A stretch of 37,059 nt of DNA from Candidatus Shapirobacteria bacterium (GTDB taxonomy: Bacteria > Patescibacteriota > Microgenomatia > 0-14-0-10-38-17), in contig JAQVFF010000001.1 of NCBI GenBank assembly GCA_028697345.1, positions 1-37,059 of the forward strand, in the 5' to 3' direction. The position numbers and the translations under genes are program-made. The notes under the pieces were generated by a model, which was not told the origin of the DNA, searched no databases, and saw only the letters and a list, made by a program, of their open reading frames with translations. Each line of letters starts with the position of its first letter. The first letter of the stretch is position 1. This document shows, in pieces, positions 8,222-16,175 of the stretch.

Positions 8222-8548
8222 ATGACCCTTACCAGTTTTTTAACAGGTGTTAGCGTTTTGGCTCAAGATGATAGTGATGTTCATCAGATTCAAGACATTG
8301 AAGAAATAGTTAGTCGGCTTTTAGGACTTGTTGTTCCGTTTGTTGGAATACTCTTGTTGTTAATGTTAATCGCCGGGGGTTTTCAATATATTACCTCCGG
8401 CGGAGAAACGGAACAGGCTCAAAAAGCCAAAAAAACTTTAACTTATGCCTTTTTTGGCCTAGTAGTAGTTTTGGGTGCTTGGTTAATAATTAGACTATTA
8501 GAGGAATTCACGGGACTTAACCTAACAACCTTCCAAATCCCTCGTTAA
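8222..8548 (+). CDS. TrbC/VirB2-like T4SS pilin paralog 7
   Basis: 108 aa. Core ..LMLIAGGFQYITSGGETEQAQKAKKTLTYAFFGLVVVL... Confidence 0.8.
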   Translation: MTLTSFLTGVSVLAQDDSDVHQIQDIEEIVSRLLGLVVPFVGILLLLMLIAGGFQYITSGGETEQAQKAKKTLTYAFFGLVVVLGAWLIIRLLEEFTGLNLTTFQIPR

Positions 8549-8621
8549 GATTTTGCTCTTCTTGCCTCAAGAGGTTATTTTTGCTAAATTGAATTTAAGG
8601 TCTTGTGTAACTAGTCAAAAA

Positions 8622-10982
8622 ATGAAAAAAAAGTTCTCTTTTGTTTTTCCGTTGGTGCTTGTTTTTATTTTTTTATGTTCCCCTAGCCCTAGCCATGCCC
8701 AACAAGGTTTCGGTTTTAATATTCATGGTCTGGCTAAAGAGTCTGAAGATTTCATTAGTTGTACTTTGGATTGGCTGGGACAAAATTGTAATACTACTAT
8801 CGTCAGGCTTTGGGGCTACCAAAGCACTTTTAGTATAAATGGTGTTAATAACCTCCAAAAAGTTTTAGATGCCGCTCCGGCTAATATAAAATTTATTGTT
8901 GCTCTGGAAGATTTTCCTTTTGGACCTGCTGTTAGCAATTCTGGAAACTGGTTTTCCTCCGGATATAGAAGTCAATACCGAAATTATGTTCAGACAATCG
9001 TTAACAAATATAAAAATGATGATCGAATTTTGGTTTGGGAAATTATGAACGAACCTCATTGCAAGGGAGATTCGAGTTGTTTGGGAGCGCTTTATAATTT
9101 CATGTACGATATGGCCGGATTAATTAAATCCATTGATCCTTCGACCCATGTTTCTCCGGGTTTAATGGGCGGAGAAATACCTTGGTCAGAATACAACAGA
9201 ATCAATAACATTCCGGCAATTACCGCCACCTCGTGTCACTACAATGCCGATACCAACAATGTCAGCACTTGTTTGGAAGCAACAAATTACAAGGGAAATG
9301 TTAGCTTTTTTTATGTCGGGGAAGCAGGTTATTTGGGAAACGCTAATTGTTCCGGCGGCGGTTGCACTAATGATGATTGTACTAACTGTTGCGACTTAGC
9401 CAGTCTTCAGCAACGCGCCAATCAAATTAATCAAGACAGAAATACTCTCCTTGGGTCAGGAGCAAACGCTTTTTTAGTTTGGCAATTTTCTCCACCAAGG
9501 AACCCTCTTTTAATCTGTGATCGATTTTCTGTTTTTCCTTCAGACCCAGTCTGTCAAGGACAACAGCCGTTTACCTGCAGTCCTTCATCAAGCAGGGGAA
9601 TGGTTATTTCCGGTTCCAGAAATATTTGTGCCGATCTTGAAATAACTAAAACCGATAAGCAAGAGGCCACTTCTACCCCAATTACTGGCGGGACCTCCTG
9701 GGGAAAAAAGGCAGTGGCGGCGACTATCATACTTGATGATGCAAAATTTCCCGATTTTAACAGATTCCAACAATCAATGTCTCTTGGTTTAAACAAGCTT
9801 TTACCTCAAGAACTAGCCCAAAACATCAGCTTGGCTGGTGATGTTGAATTAAAATTCAAACATATTCCTTTATCCTTTAATGAAGACGGCACTCCTGTTC
9901 AGGAATATTCTGAATGTGAAGATCTTCCCAGGGGTCCGGCACAATTATCCGCTAACCTTTGGGGGAGACTAACCTCTTTAAGGGGTCTTTGCGGCTTTTT
10001 GGGAACCTGTGACCCTGTTGCCGATTTTCAATTTCAGCTGGAAGAAACACAATATCCCGGCTGTGATTATATTGCCAGCTGTGAACCGGCAGACCGGAAC
10101 TTGGCCGACAAAAATCTATCCATACCAGAACCAGAAGAGACAACATTCAGTTTTCTTGCTTGGTTTAAGAGAATAATATCGTATATCGAAGACCTTATTT
10201 CTAGAATAGGAAAAAAAACCACTGAAGATGAGGTTAGGGTACTGGTTCTTAGCCGCAGTAACCTTCCCGGAGCCTCGGTTTTAGCTGATTCTTCCAAATT
10301 TTTACAAAAATCCTTGTTTGAGGAAACAGTGGAACTGATTAGATCAAGAGGGGGGACCCAAGCTTTAAATGATGATTTTGACTATACTTTTGCCCTTAGT
10401 CCGGAAAGCAATATTCAAGAACAAGGCCGTTTTTATGGAATTGAACCCATGTGGAAAAACTATTGTCTTCATCTTTGCGGCAGTCTTCCCGAGGGAACAA
10501 TTCAAACCTTGGGCGACCAAATTTGTCCTTCTTGTAATCCCGAAGATTACAAAACTCCCAGTAGGCCCATACCAAAACCGGATAATTTGCCAGACGGATG
10601 CCACTGGGACCCTTATGTTGGCGGTTGCGACTACTACGACTGTGTTGTCGGAGAAACATTATCAGACGGAACAATCTGTCAACGAAGCTGTGAATTAGAC
10701 CCAATATGCGAAAGCGGACTTTGTACTAGAAACAAACTTTATACCAAACCCTATCTTCCTAACGGAACCTACTGCCCGAATAAATACTGCCAGCCGGGAG
10801 AGTGTTATTGGCTCCATTTTAGACACCCTAGCAGTTACTACTATCCCGACCAGGGTCTGCCGGAATCAAGTTATCCTTGGGGTCCCTGGTATACCAAGAA
10901 CCCCGATGTCTGCACCCGAGGCAACAATGTAGGCTGTAACCCGGATTGTTGCCTGGGATCAAGAACGGAACAATATGATTAA
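8622..10982 (+). CDS. secreted glycoside hydrolase family 5 (clan GH-A, mannanase/cellulase-like) with a C-terminal Cys-rich region of about 450 aa
   Basis: The track starts at TTG 8553. ATG 8622 gives the signal peptide MKKKFSFVFPLVLVFIFLCSPSPSHA/QQ. GH5 blocks: ..TTIVRLWGY.., acid/base ..LVWEIMNEPHC.., nucleophile candidate ..FFYVGEAGY... The rest of the protein is dense in Cys (..CHWDPYVGGCDYYDCVVGE..CQRSCELDPICESGLC..GCNPDCCLGS). Confidence 0.8.
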   Translation: MKKKFSFVFPLVLVFIFLCSPSPSHAQQGFGFNIHGLAKESEDFISCTLDWLGQNCNTTIVRLWGYQSTFSINGVNNLQKVLDAAPANIKFIVALEDFPFGPAVSNSGNWFSSGYRSQYRNYVQTIVNKYKNDDRILVWEIMNEPHCKGDSSCLGALYNFMYDMAGLIKSIDPSTHVSPGLMGGEIPWSEYNRINNIPAITATSCHYNADTNNVSTCLEATNYKGNVSFFYVGEAGYLGNANCSGGGCTNDDCTNCCDLASLQQRANQINQDRNTLLGSGANAFLVWQFSPPRNPLLICDRFSVFPSDPVCQGQQPFTCSPSSSRGMVISGSRNICADLEITKTDKQEATSTPITGGTSWGKKAVAATIILDDAKFPDFNRFQQSMSLGLNKLLPQELAQNISLAGDVELKFKHIPLSFNEDGTPVQEYSECEDLPRGPAQLSANLWGRLTSLRGLCGFLGTCDPVADFQFQLEETQYPGCDYIASCEPADRNLADKNLSIPEPEETTFSFLAWFKRIISYIEDLISRIGKKTTEDEVRVLVLSRSNLPGASVLADSSKFLQKSLFEETVELIRSRGGTQALNDDFDYTFALSPESNIQEQGRFYGIEPMWKNYCLHLCGSLPEGTIQTLGDQICPSCNPEDYKTPSRPIPKPDNLPDGCHWDPYVGGCDYYDCVVGETLSDGTICQRSCELDPICESGLCTRNKLYTKPYLPNGTYCPNKYCQPGECYWLHFRHPSSYYYPDQGLPESSYPWGPWYTKNPDVCTRGNNVGCNPDCCLGSRTEQYD

Positions 10983-11030
10983 CTCTCTCATTTGTTGACA
11001 AACAAAATAAAAACTTTTATTCTTAAACTA

Positions 11031-12521
11031 ATGAAAAGACAACTTCTTTTAGTTACCTTATTTATTTTTGCTTTTTGCTTCTTATTTGTCCGCAACGCTC
11101 AGGCTCTTGTTTCTGGAACAGATCTTGAGACAGAATTAGAATCCAGTAATTGGCAACTTGGCAGTCATACTTTTGGTACTGTAACCAGAATTACCGACTC
11201 TTTAAGTATTTTGATTGCTGGAAGCAGTAGCAACGAAACAGTTAACCAAGCGGTTGGATCGGGAGCAATTCAAGCAACCGGCAACCTAATTGCCGCCCTA
11301 TACTCTCATCCTCCAGCTTCATCGATAGAATATTTTGCTGACCTTGGAAGAAGTCTAGATATTATTAAGCCTACTTATGCCCAAGGAATAGGCTTTAACG
11401 GTCTAAGACCGATTTTAAGTCTTTGGAAAAATTTCCGCAACATTGCTTATTTTTTCTTTATCCTGGTATTTATTATCCTTGGTTTTGCTATTATGTTCCG
11501 ATTAAAAATTAACCCCCAAATGGTCGTTACTATTCAAGCGGCAATTCCTAAGGTTATTACTGCCCTAATTTTGGTAACATTTTCTTACGCTATTGCCGGA
11601 CTATTAATCGATCTAATGTATCTGGTAACAGCAATTGGAATATCGGCAATCGGAGGCGGAGATCTTTTCCTAGAAGGTGTTTTACAGTTCTTACAAGACT
11701 TAGGAATCTCACCAGGGGGAATAGAAAATCTAAATATGTTGACCTTTTCTTTTTTCTTTTGGGGAAGAGCCAGTAGTAGTATTAATCAAATTTCACAAAT
11801 GTTCACTCCTGCTTCTCTTATTGCTAGCATTCTTGGAATACAAATACCGCAAGCTGTTGAACAGATTTTATCAGTCTTTCCTACCATCCCTTGGTTAAAT
11901 CCCGTAGGATCCATTCTTAGGTTAGTATTATCCATAATAATACTTTTTATCTTTTTTAAAATCTTTATAAGCCTCATTCTTTGCTACATTAGAATTCTAC
12001 TATTAATAATAACCGCTCCGCTACAGTTGATGATGGGGGCAATACCGGGCTTTAATACTTTAGGTAAATGGATAAAGGAATTAGTCGTTAACCTTTTACC
12101 TTTCTCGGTTATTGTAATTTTAATTTCCCTAACCGGTGTAATTTTAAATGCCGTGGCCGGAAATTATCAAAACTTCTGGATGCCGCCAGTAATTAGACAT
12201 CCCCTTGCCAGCGCTGACACTATTGGGGCCATAATTTCATTCGGCATTCTCTTGCTATTAGCCAGGGTTCCTGACATAATCAGAAATATGTTTGAACAAA
12301 AACCATTTGAATATGGAACAGCAATCGGACAGGCGTTGGGAGCACCGGCAGCACTTGGCGGGAAAGCAATTAGGAGCGTAGCCCAAACTGCAGAATCCAT
12401 TAGTGATGCCACAGGACCACAGGGTTGGGCAAAAAGAACCTTGGGTCATTTCAGATCTGATGGTAAGAAAGAAGAGCCTCCTGCTAAGCCTGGAAATCTC
12501 GAAAGTATCAAATCAACCTAG
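11031..12521 (+). CDS. polytopic membrane protein, VirB6/TrbL-like T4SS channel component (assigned from architecture and context)
   Basis: The track starts at TTG 10992. ATG 11031 gives the signal peptide MKRQLLLVTLFIFAFCFLFVRNAQA/LV. It has an exported N-domain of about 100 aa, at least 6 long hydrophobic helices and a hydrophilic C-tail. Its size and position match VirB6-type proteins of Gram-positive T4SS loci. Confidence 0.55.
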   Translation: MKRQLLLVTLFIFAFCFLFVRNAQALVSGTDLETELESSNWQLGSHTFGTVTRITDSLSILIAGSSSNETVNQAVGSGAIQATGNLIAALYSHPPASSIEYFADLGRSLDIIKPTYAQGIGFNGLRPILSLWKNFRNIAYFFFILVFIILGFAIMFRLKINPQMVVTIQAAIPKVITALILVTFSYAIAGLLIDLMYLVTAIGISAIGGGDLFLEGVLQFLQDLGISPGGIENLNMLTFSFFFWGRASSSINQISQMFTPASLIASILGIQIPQAVEQILSVFPTIPWLNPVGSILRLVLSIIILFIFFKIFISLILCYIRILLLIITAPLQLMMGAIPGFNTLGKWIKELVVNLLPFSVIVILISLTGVILNAVAGNYQNFWMPPVIRHPLASADTIGAIISFGILLLLARVPDIIRNMFEQKPFEYGTAIGQALGAPAALGGKAIRSVAQTAESISDATGPQGWAKRTLGHFRSDGKKEEPPAKPGNLESIKST

Positions 12522-12536
12522 GGTTTTTTATCACAG

Positions 12537-14639
12537 CTATTTAATATTTCTTCCTATTGCCACAAAGACATCCCAAAGATAACCAAGACTGTTTAACAAT
12601 AACATCTGTCTTATTTCTTCCTTGTCTCTCCCAGAGGCAAAAAGAATTTCTGCTGCCTGATGAAGTTCTAACTCTGCTCCATACTTGTTATCTTTAAAGG
12701 CAAAATTCGTTCTACTACCGGAAAGCTCCCTTATAAAACCACTACTAGCATCAAGCTTTGGTCCCCAAATAAAAGTTTCCGCATTTAAGAAAGGTCTAGT
12801 CTCTTCAATTCCATGGCCCAAAAAAATCAAAGCTTTCTCTCTAAATCCTGGCTTCAACCTCTCCATCGTAATAGCAAACGCTTTAATATTAATAATCCTG
12901 GCCATCATAGCCGCAACTACATGTTTTGACTCTCGCGGATGATCCTCGGATTGTCCACCATAAACCTGATCCAATAATTCTGCAATTTCTTTCAGTCCAG
13001 AACAAGATTCTTGATCCCATTTAGGAACGCCATCTGCCCTAGAACCACCAAGAAACTTCCAAAGAGCAGCACTCCATCTAGAATAAGCTTTTAAGTCAAT
13101 TGTAGCAGAAGCTTCTAGGGGTTTTATCCTTGGATCTTCTTGAACTACACTAAAAATATCATCAGGACGAAAGGCTTTATCTATTTTGTCAAAAATAAAC
13201 TCATCTTCCGGACTAAGTCTGCCAGAATAAACACCTTTTATTCTCTTGGGGAGAAAAGAAGGTTCCAGGATTGCTCTAAAAGGATCTCCGCCCCAAGCCG
13301 CACTTGGCTTAAAGCCTGTTTTTTCTATTTGTCCTTCTTTATTTATTCTGTATTCCCATTTTGTGAAACTATCAACTAAAAAAAGATCGCAGGCTAATTT
13401 TGCTGCTCCCCATCTTTCTGCTCTACTGAACCCATTCTTTTCGTTTTCCATTAAGACTTCTTCAATATAGCTATTAATTCCACCTCTATACCTACCATCG
13501 TCGTCACTAACTAGATAATAGGCTAGACTAGCCTTATCAAAAACGCCTTTTCCTTGTTCATAAAAAATTGATTTATCAATCTCACCATCCCAATTGAACA
13601 CCCCGCTCTCTTCATCCCAAGCGCTATTTATTCCTACACTACTCATCAAAGTTTGATAATATTTCCTAACCAGCTTATTCTCTAATAATGTTCTTATTTT
13701 GCTTCTGTCTCCGTGTAGCAAGAACCTGGTCCAATCATCTTTTCTTTCTAAATTAGGGTGTTCTGGGTTTTCTGGATTGGTCATATAGCCAACATATAGT
13801 TCTGCTGAACCATTTGATTGTTCCATTGCTCTAGCAGAAGCACAAATTGCCATCGCTGATCTTATCTTTTTCTCAAACTCTTTCTTCATTTCAGTGGTAA
13901 TGAAACCAGAGTCATCACCCTCAATGCTTTCATTGGCTCTTCTTACTGCCAAATTAAAATCTGCCATCCAGGCCTCAACTATCACCTTCCACTTTCTTTC
14001 CGGATCAAAAATAACCTCTTCGCTCATCGCTGCTTCTGTGTTGCGTAAAAGCCACTCTTCTCTGTCTCTTTCTTTTCTAACATCAAGAATGTGGTTTACT
14101 ACTTCACCTTTTTCGTTTTTTTCAATAATTGCTCCCGATCTAATATCTCCCTCAAAAGACCCAAGAGAAAAAACCGCTCCCAAATAGGGAGGAAGATTTT
14201 GTCCCATCAGAAACTCTCTTCTTCTGATCAACAAGTCCTCAGATGTTTGTTCTGCTAGTTGTTCAATCTCTTCAAAAATAATCTCCTTAAGAATCCGTGC
14301 TTGCTTTTCTACCTGATCATAGTCCTCTTTTGTTATTAATCCATCTTCAACTTTTTCTAGCTTCTTGCCAAGCCAATCATTAATATTCCTGTGACCATCA
14401 AGAAGGGTTTCGGAAGAAATAAGGGGATCATTAGAAATCCTTTCTGCTGTTCCTTTTAGATATGTGTTGATTAGTATTGGGGGTTGTTCTTCTTGTTGGC
14501 CAGTTTCTGAATTTAACCCCGCCTGAGGTTTAATCAACTCAATAAGCTTATCTCTAAAAGAGACTGCCTGTTGTGCTTTCCCTTCTGGTTGTAGAATTTT
14601 TTCTTGTTCTGGTCCGGGCATATCGCCTCCTTCTGTCAT
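12537..14639 (-). CDS. 700-aa soluble orphan protein, no recognisable domain, antisense to the surrounding T4SS-like genes
   Basis: Uninterrupted 700-codon ORF. Strong SD (AAGGAGG, reverse complement of 14648-14654) 8 nt before ATG 14639. No TM, signal peptide, Walker or relaxase motifs seen. CpG-poor compared with its neighbours on sampled lines. Confidence 0.8.
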   Translation of the reverse strand: MTEGGDMPGPEQEKILQPEGKAQQAVSFRDKLIELIKPQAGLNSETGQQEEQPPILINTYLKGTAERISNDPLISSETLLDGHRNINDWLGKKLEKVEDGLITKEDYDQVEKQARILKEIIFEEIEQLAEQTSEDLLIRRREFLMGQNLPPYLGAVFSLGSFEGDIRSGAIIEKNEKGEVVNHILDVRKERDREEWLLRNTEAAMSEEVIFDPERKWKVIVEAWMADFNLAVRRANESIEGDDSGFITTEMKKEFEKKIRSAMAICASARAMEQSNGSAELYVGYMTNPENPEHPNLERKDDWTRFLLHGDRSKIRTLLENKLVRKYYQTLMSSVGINSAWDEESGVFNWDGEIDKSIFYEQGKGVFDKASLAYYLVSDDDGRYRGGINSYIEEVLMENEKNGFSRAERWGAAKLACDLFLVDSFTKWEYRINKEGQIEKTGFKPSAAWGGDPFRAILEPSFLPKRIKGVYSGRLSPEDEFIFDKIDKAFRPDDIFSVVQEDPRIKPLEASATIDLKAYSRWSAALWKFLGGSRADGVPKWDQESCSGLKEIAELLDQVYGGQSEDHPRESKHVVAAMMARIINIKAFAITMERLKPGFREKALIFLGHGIEETRPFLNAETFIWGPKLDASSGFIRELSGSRTNFAFKDNKYGAELELHQAAEILFASGRDKEEIRQMLLLNSLGYLWDVFVAIGRNIK

Positions 14640-14794
14640 TTGCTATTCCTCCTTAAGAACTATTATTACAAAAAGGAAGAGAAATAGTCAACTAAATTAA
14701 TAATAGTTACTATTATAAGATACTTTGTTTATTTTTGCCAATATCTTTAATAATCTTGCGCCAATTTGTGGTTTGTTGTAAGCTAGAAAAAGAA

Positions 14795-14826
14795 ATTGTC
14801 AAATTGTTGCATTGTTTAATTGTTAT
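14795..14826. repeat. left arm: four tandem 8-bp units ATTGTCAA ATTGTTGC ATTGTTTA ATTGTTAT, overlapping the start codon of the four-helix-bundle gene
   Basis: Read directly: ATTGT recurs at 14795, 14803, 14811 and 14819, an exact 8-bp period. It is the inverted complement of the 15189-15220 array. Confidence 0.75.
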
Positions 14827-15199
14827 GAAAAAATATTTGCAATTAAACGATATAAAAGCCTACCAAACTGCTTTTTGCCTGTCGAATTACGTTTGGAACC
14901 TTGTTATGAAATGGAAATTATTTGAAAAAAATACCATCGGAAACCAATTCACAAGGTCTGTTGATTCTATTTCCGCTAATATTGCCGAAGGTTTTGGTAG
15001 ATACTCTAAGCGAGACAAAATTAAATTTTATTATTATAGTCAAGGGTCAGTTAAAGAATCTTTAGATTGGAATGAAAAAGCCAAAATAAGGAAGCTTCTC
15101 AAGAAAGAAGAGTACCAACATATTCTACAAGAATTATGTAACTTGCCAAAAGAATTAAATTATTTAATAAGCTTCACCGATAAAAAATTAACAATATAA
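14825..15199 (+). CDS. four-helix-bundle protein (23S rRNA intervening-sequence protein / Avd-like family, PF05635-type)
   Basis: The track starts at TTG 14735. ATG 14825 gives a 124-aa protein, MKKYLQLNDIKAYQTAFCLSNYVWNLV...SVDSISANIAEGFGRYSKRDKIKFYYYSQGSVKESLDW.., the characteristic family signature. Confidence 0.85.
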   Translation: MKKYLQLNDIKAYQTAFCLSNYVWNLVMKWKLFEKNTIGNQFTRSVDSISANIAEGFGRYSKRDKIKFYYYSQGSVKESLDWNEKAKIRKLLKKEEYQHILQELCNLPKELNYLISFTDKKLTI

Positions 15200-15220
15200 C
15201 AATTTAACAGTCTAACAGTT
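15189..15220. repeat. right arm: four tandem 8-bp units TAACAATA TAACAATT TAACAGTC TAACAGTT, overlapping the stop codon of the four-helix-bundle gene
   Basis: Read directly: TAACA(A/G)T recurs at 15189, 15197, 15205 and 15213, an exact 8-bp period. Pairs with 14795-14825 as 23 Watson-Crick, 3 G-U and 5 mismatches over 31 positions. Confidence 0.75.
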
Positions 15221-15227
15221 CGTTCCT

Positions 15228-16079
15228 ATGAACCAACACCCTATTCCACAACACATTTCTTCTTACCAGTTTCGTCTGATAGGGGAGATGACTCTGGAAC
15301 AATTTGGCAAGGTTGCCGGCGGGTGTATTATCGCCCTGGTTTTTTACGCCCTACCCTTGCCAGGCTTTGTTAAATGGTTTTTGATCATTCTATCGGCCTC
15401 TTCTGGAGCCTTATTTGCCTTTGTCCCAGTTGAGGGCCGACCCTTGGAAACTTGGATTATTTCTTTTATTAAATCAATTTATTCACCAACCGAATATGTT
15501 TGGGAAAAGTCACCGGTTGATTTTTTCTTTACTAGAACCGATGACGATTTTTCTAAAAAAGAGATTTTACCCCAAAAGGAAACTGCCCGATCTTTGTCAG
15601 TAAAAGAACTGGCCCTCTTACAAGCATTGTCGGAACAAAAAGATTTTTACAGCCAAGATGAACTAAACCATGCTCAAGCACTGTTAGGGCTTTTTCAACA
15701 AACCACCGCTTCAGGAAAAAGCCCAATCAGTAAACAACCGGTAAAGCCAGAAGCGGCTCAAAAAGAGGCTAGTTTCAAAGAAAATCTGCCTTTTCCCAGC
15801 ACTCCAGATCAGCCAAATATTTTGGTCGGCATGGTAATCGATAAAAACGGCAAAATTTCTGAAGGGGCGATCGTGGAAATCAAAGATCAGGGCGGTAATA
15901 CTGTCCGGGCAATGCGAACCAACAAATTAGGCCAATTCCGATCTGTTTCACCTTTGCCCGATGGCCAATATCAAATCAGCACTGAAAAAACCGGTCTTAA
16001 TTTTGATATAATGAAAATCCAGTTAAAGGGTGAAATTGTTCCTCCAGTTGAAATTAGAGAAACTGGACTAATCAATTAA
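15228..16079 (+). CDS. PrgI-family (VirB3-like) T4SS membrane protein with a C-terminal carboxypeptidase-regulatory-like beta-sandwich
   Basis: 283 aa. N-terminus ..SSYQFRLIGEMTLEQFGKVAGGCIIALVFYALPLPGFVKWFLIILSASSGALFAFVPVEGRPLETWIISFIK.. matches the PrgI pattern. C-terminus ..GMVIDKNGKISEGAIVEIKDQGGNTVRAMRTNKLGQFRSVSPLPDGQYQIS... Confidence 0.7.
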   Translation: MNQHPIPQHISSYQFRLIGEMTLEQFGKVAGGCIIALVFYALPLPGFVKWFLIILSASSGALFAFVPVEGRPLETWIISFIKSIYSPTEYVWEKSPVDFFFTRTDDDFSKKEILPQKETARSLSVKELALLQALSEQKDFYSQDELNHAQALLGLFQQTTASGKSPISKQPVKPEAAQKEASFKENLPFPSTPDQPNILVGMVIDKNGKISEGAIVEIKDQGGNTVRAMRTNKLGQFRSVSPLPDGQYQISTEKTGLNFDIMKIQLKGEIVPPVEIRETGLIN

Positions 16080-16175
16080 AATATAAATAATAAATTCTAA
16101 ATTTCAACAAACTTAAGCAAATCAAAAATTGAACAAAAAATTAATAATTTTTAAAAATTAGAAACTTTACAAATT

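Noticed and set aside
12537-15199. A diversity-generating retroelement, because the four-helix-bundle protein belongs to the Avd-like family and sits next to a large unknown protein.
   Set aside because: No reverse transcriptase ORF (no YxDD-type motif) is visible. I saw no template/variable repeat pair. The C-terminus of the 700-aa protein does not look like a C-type-lectin variable region.
14795-15220. A CRISPR array or other long tandem repeat.
   Set aside because: The only periodic repeats found are 8-bp units in two 32-bp arrays. That is far too short for CRISPR repeats and spacers, and no cas genes are present.
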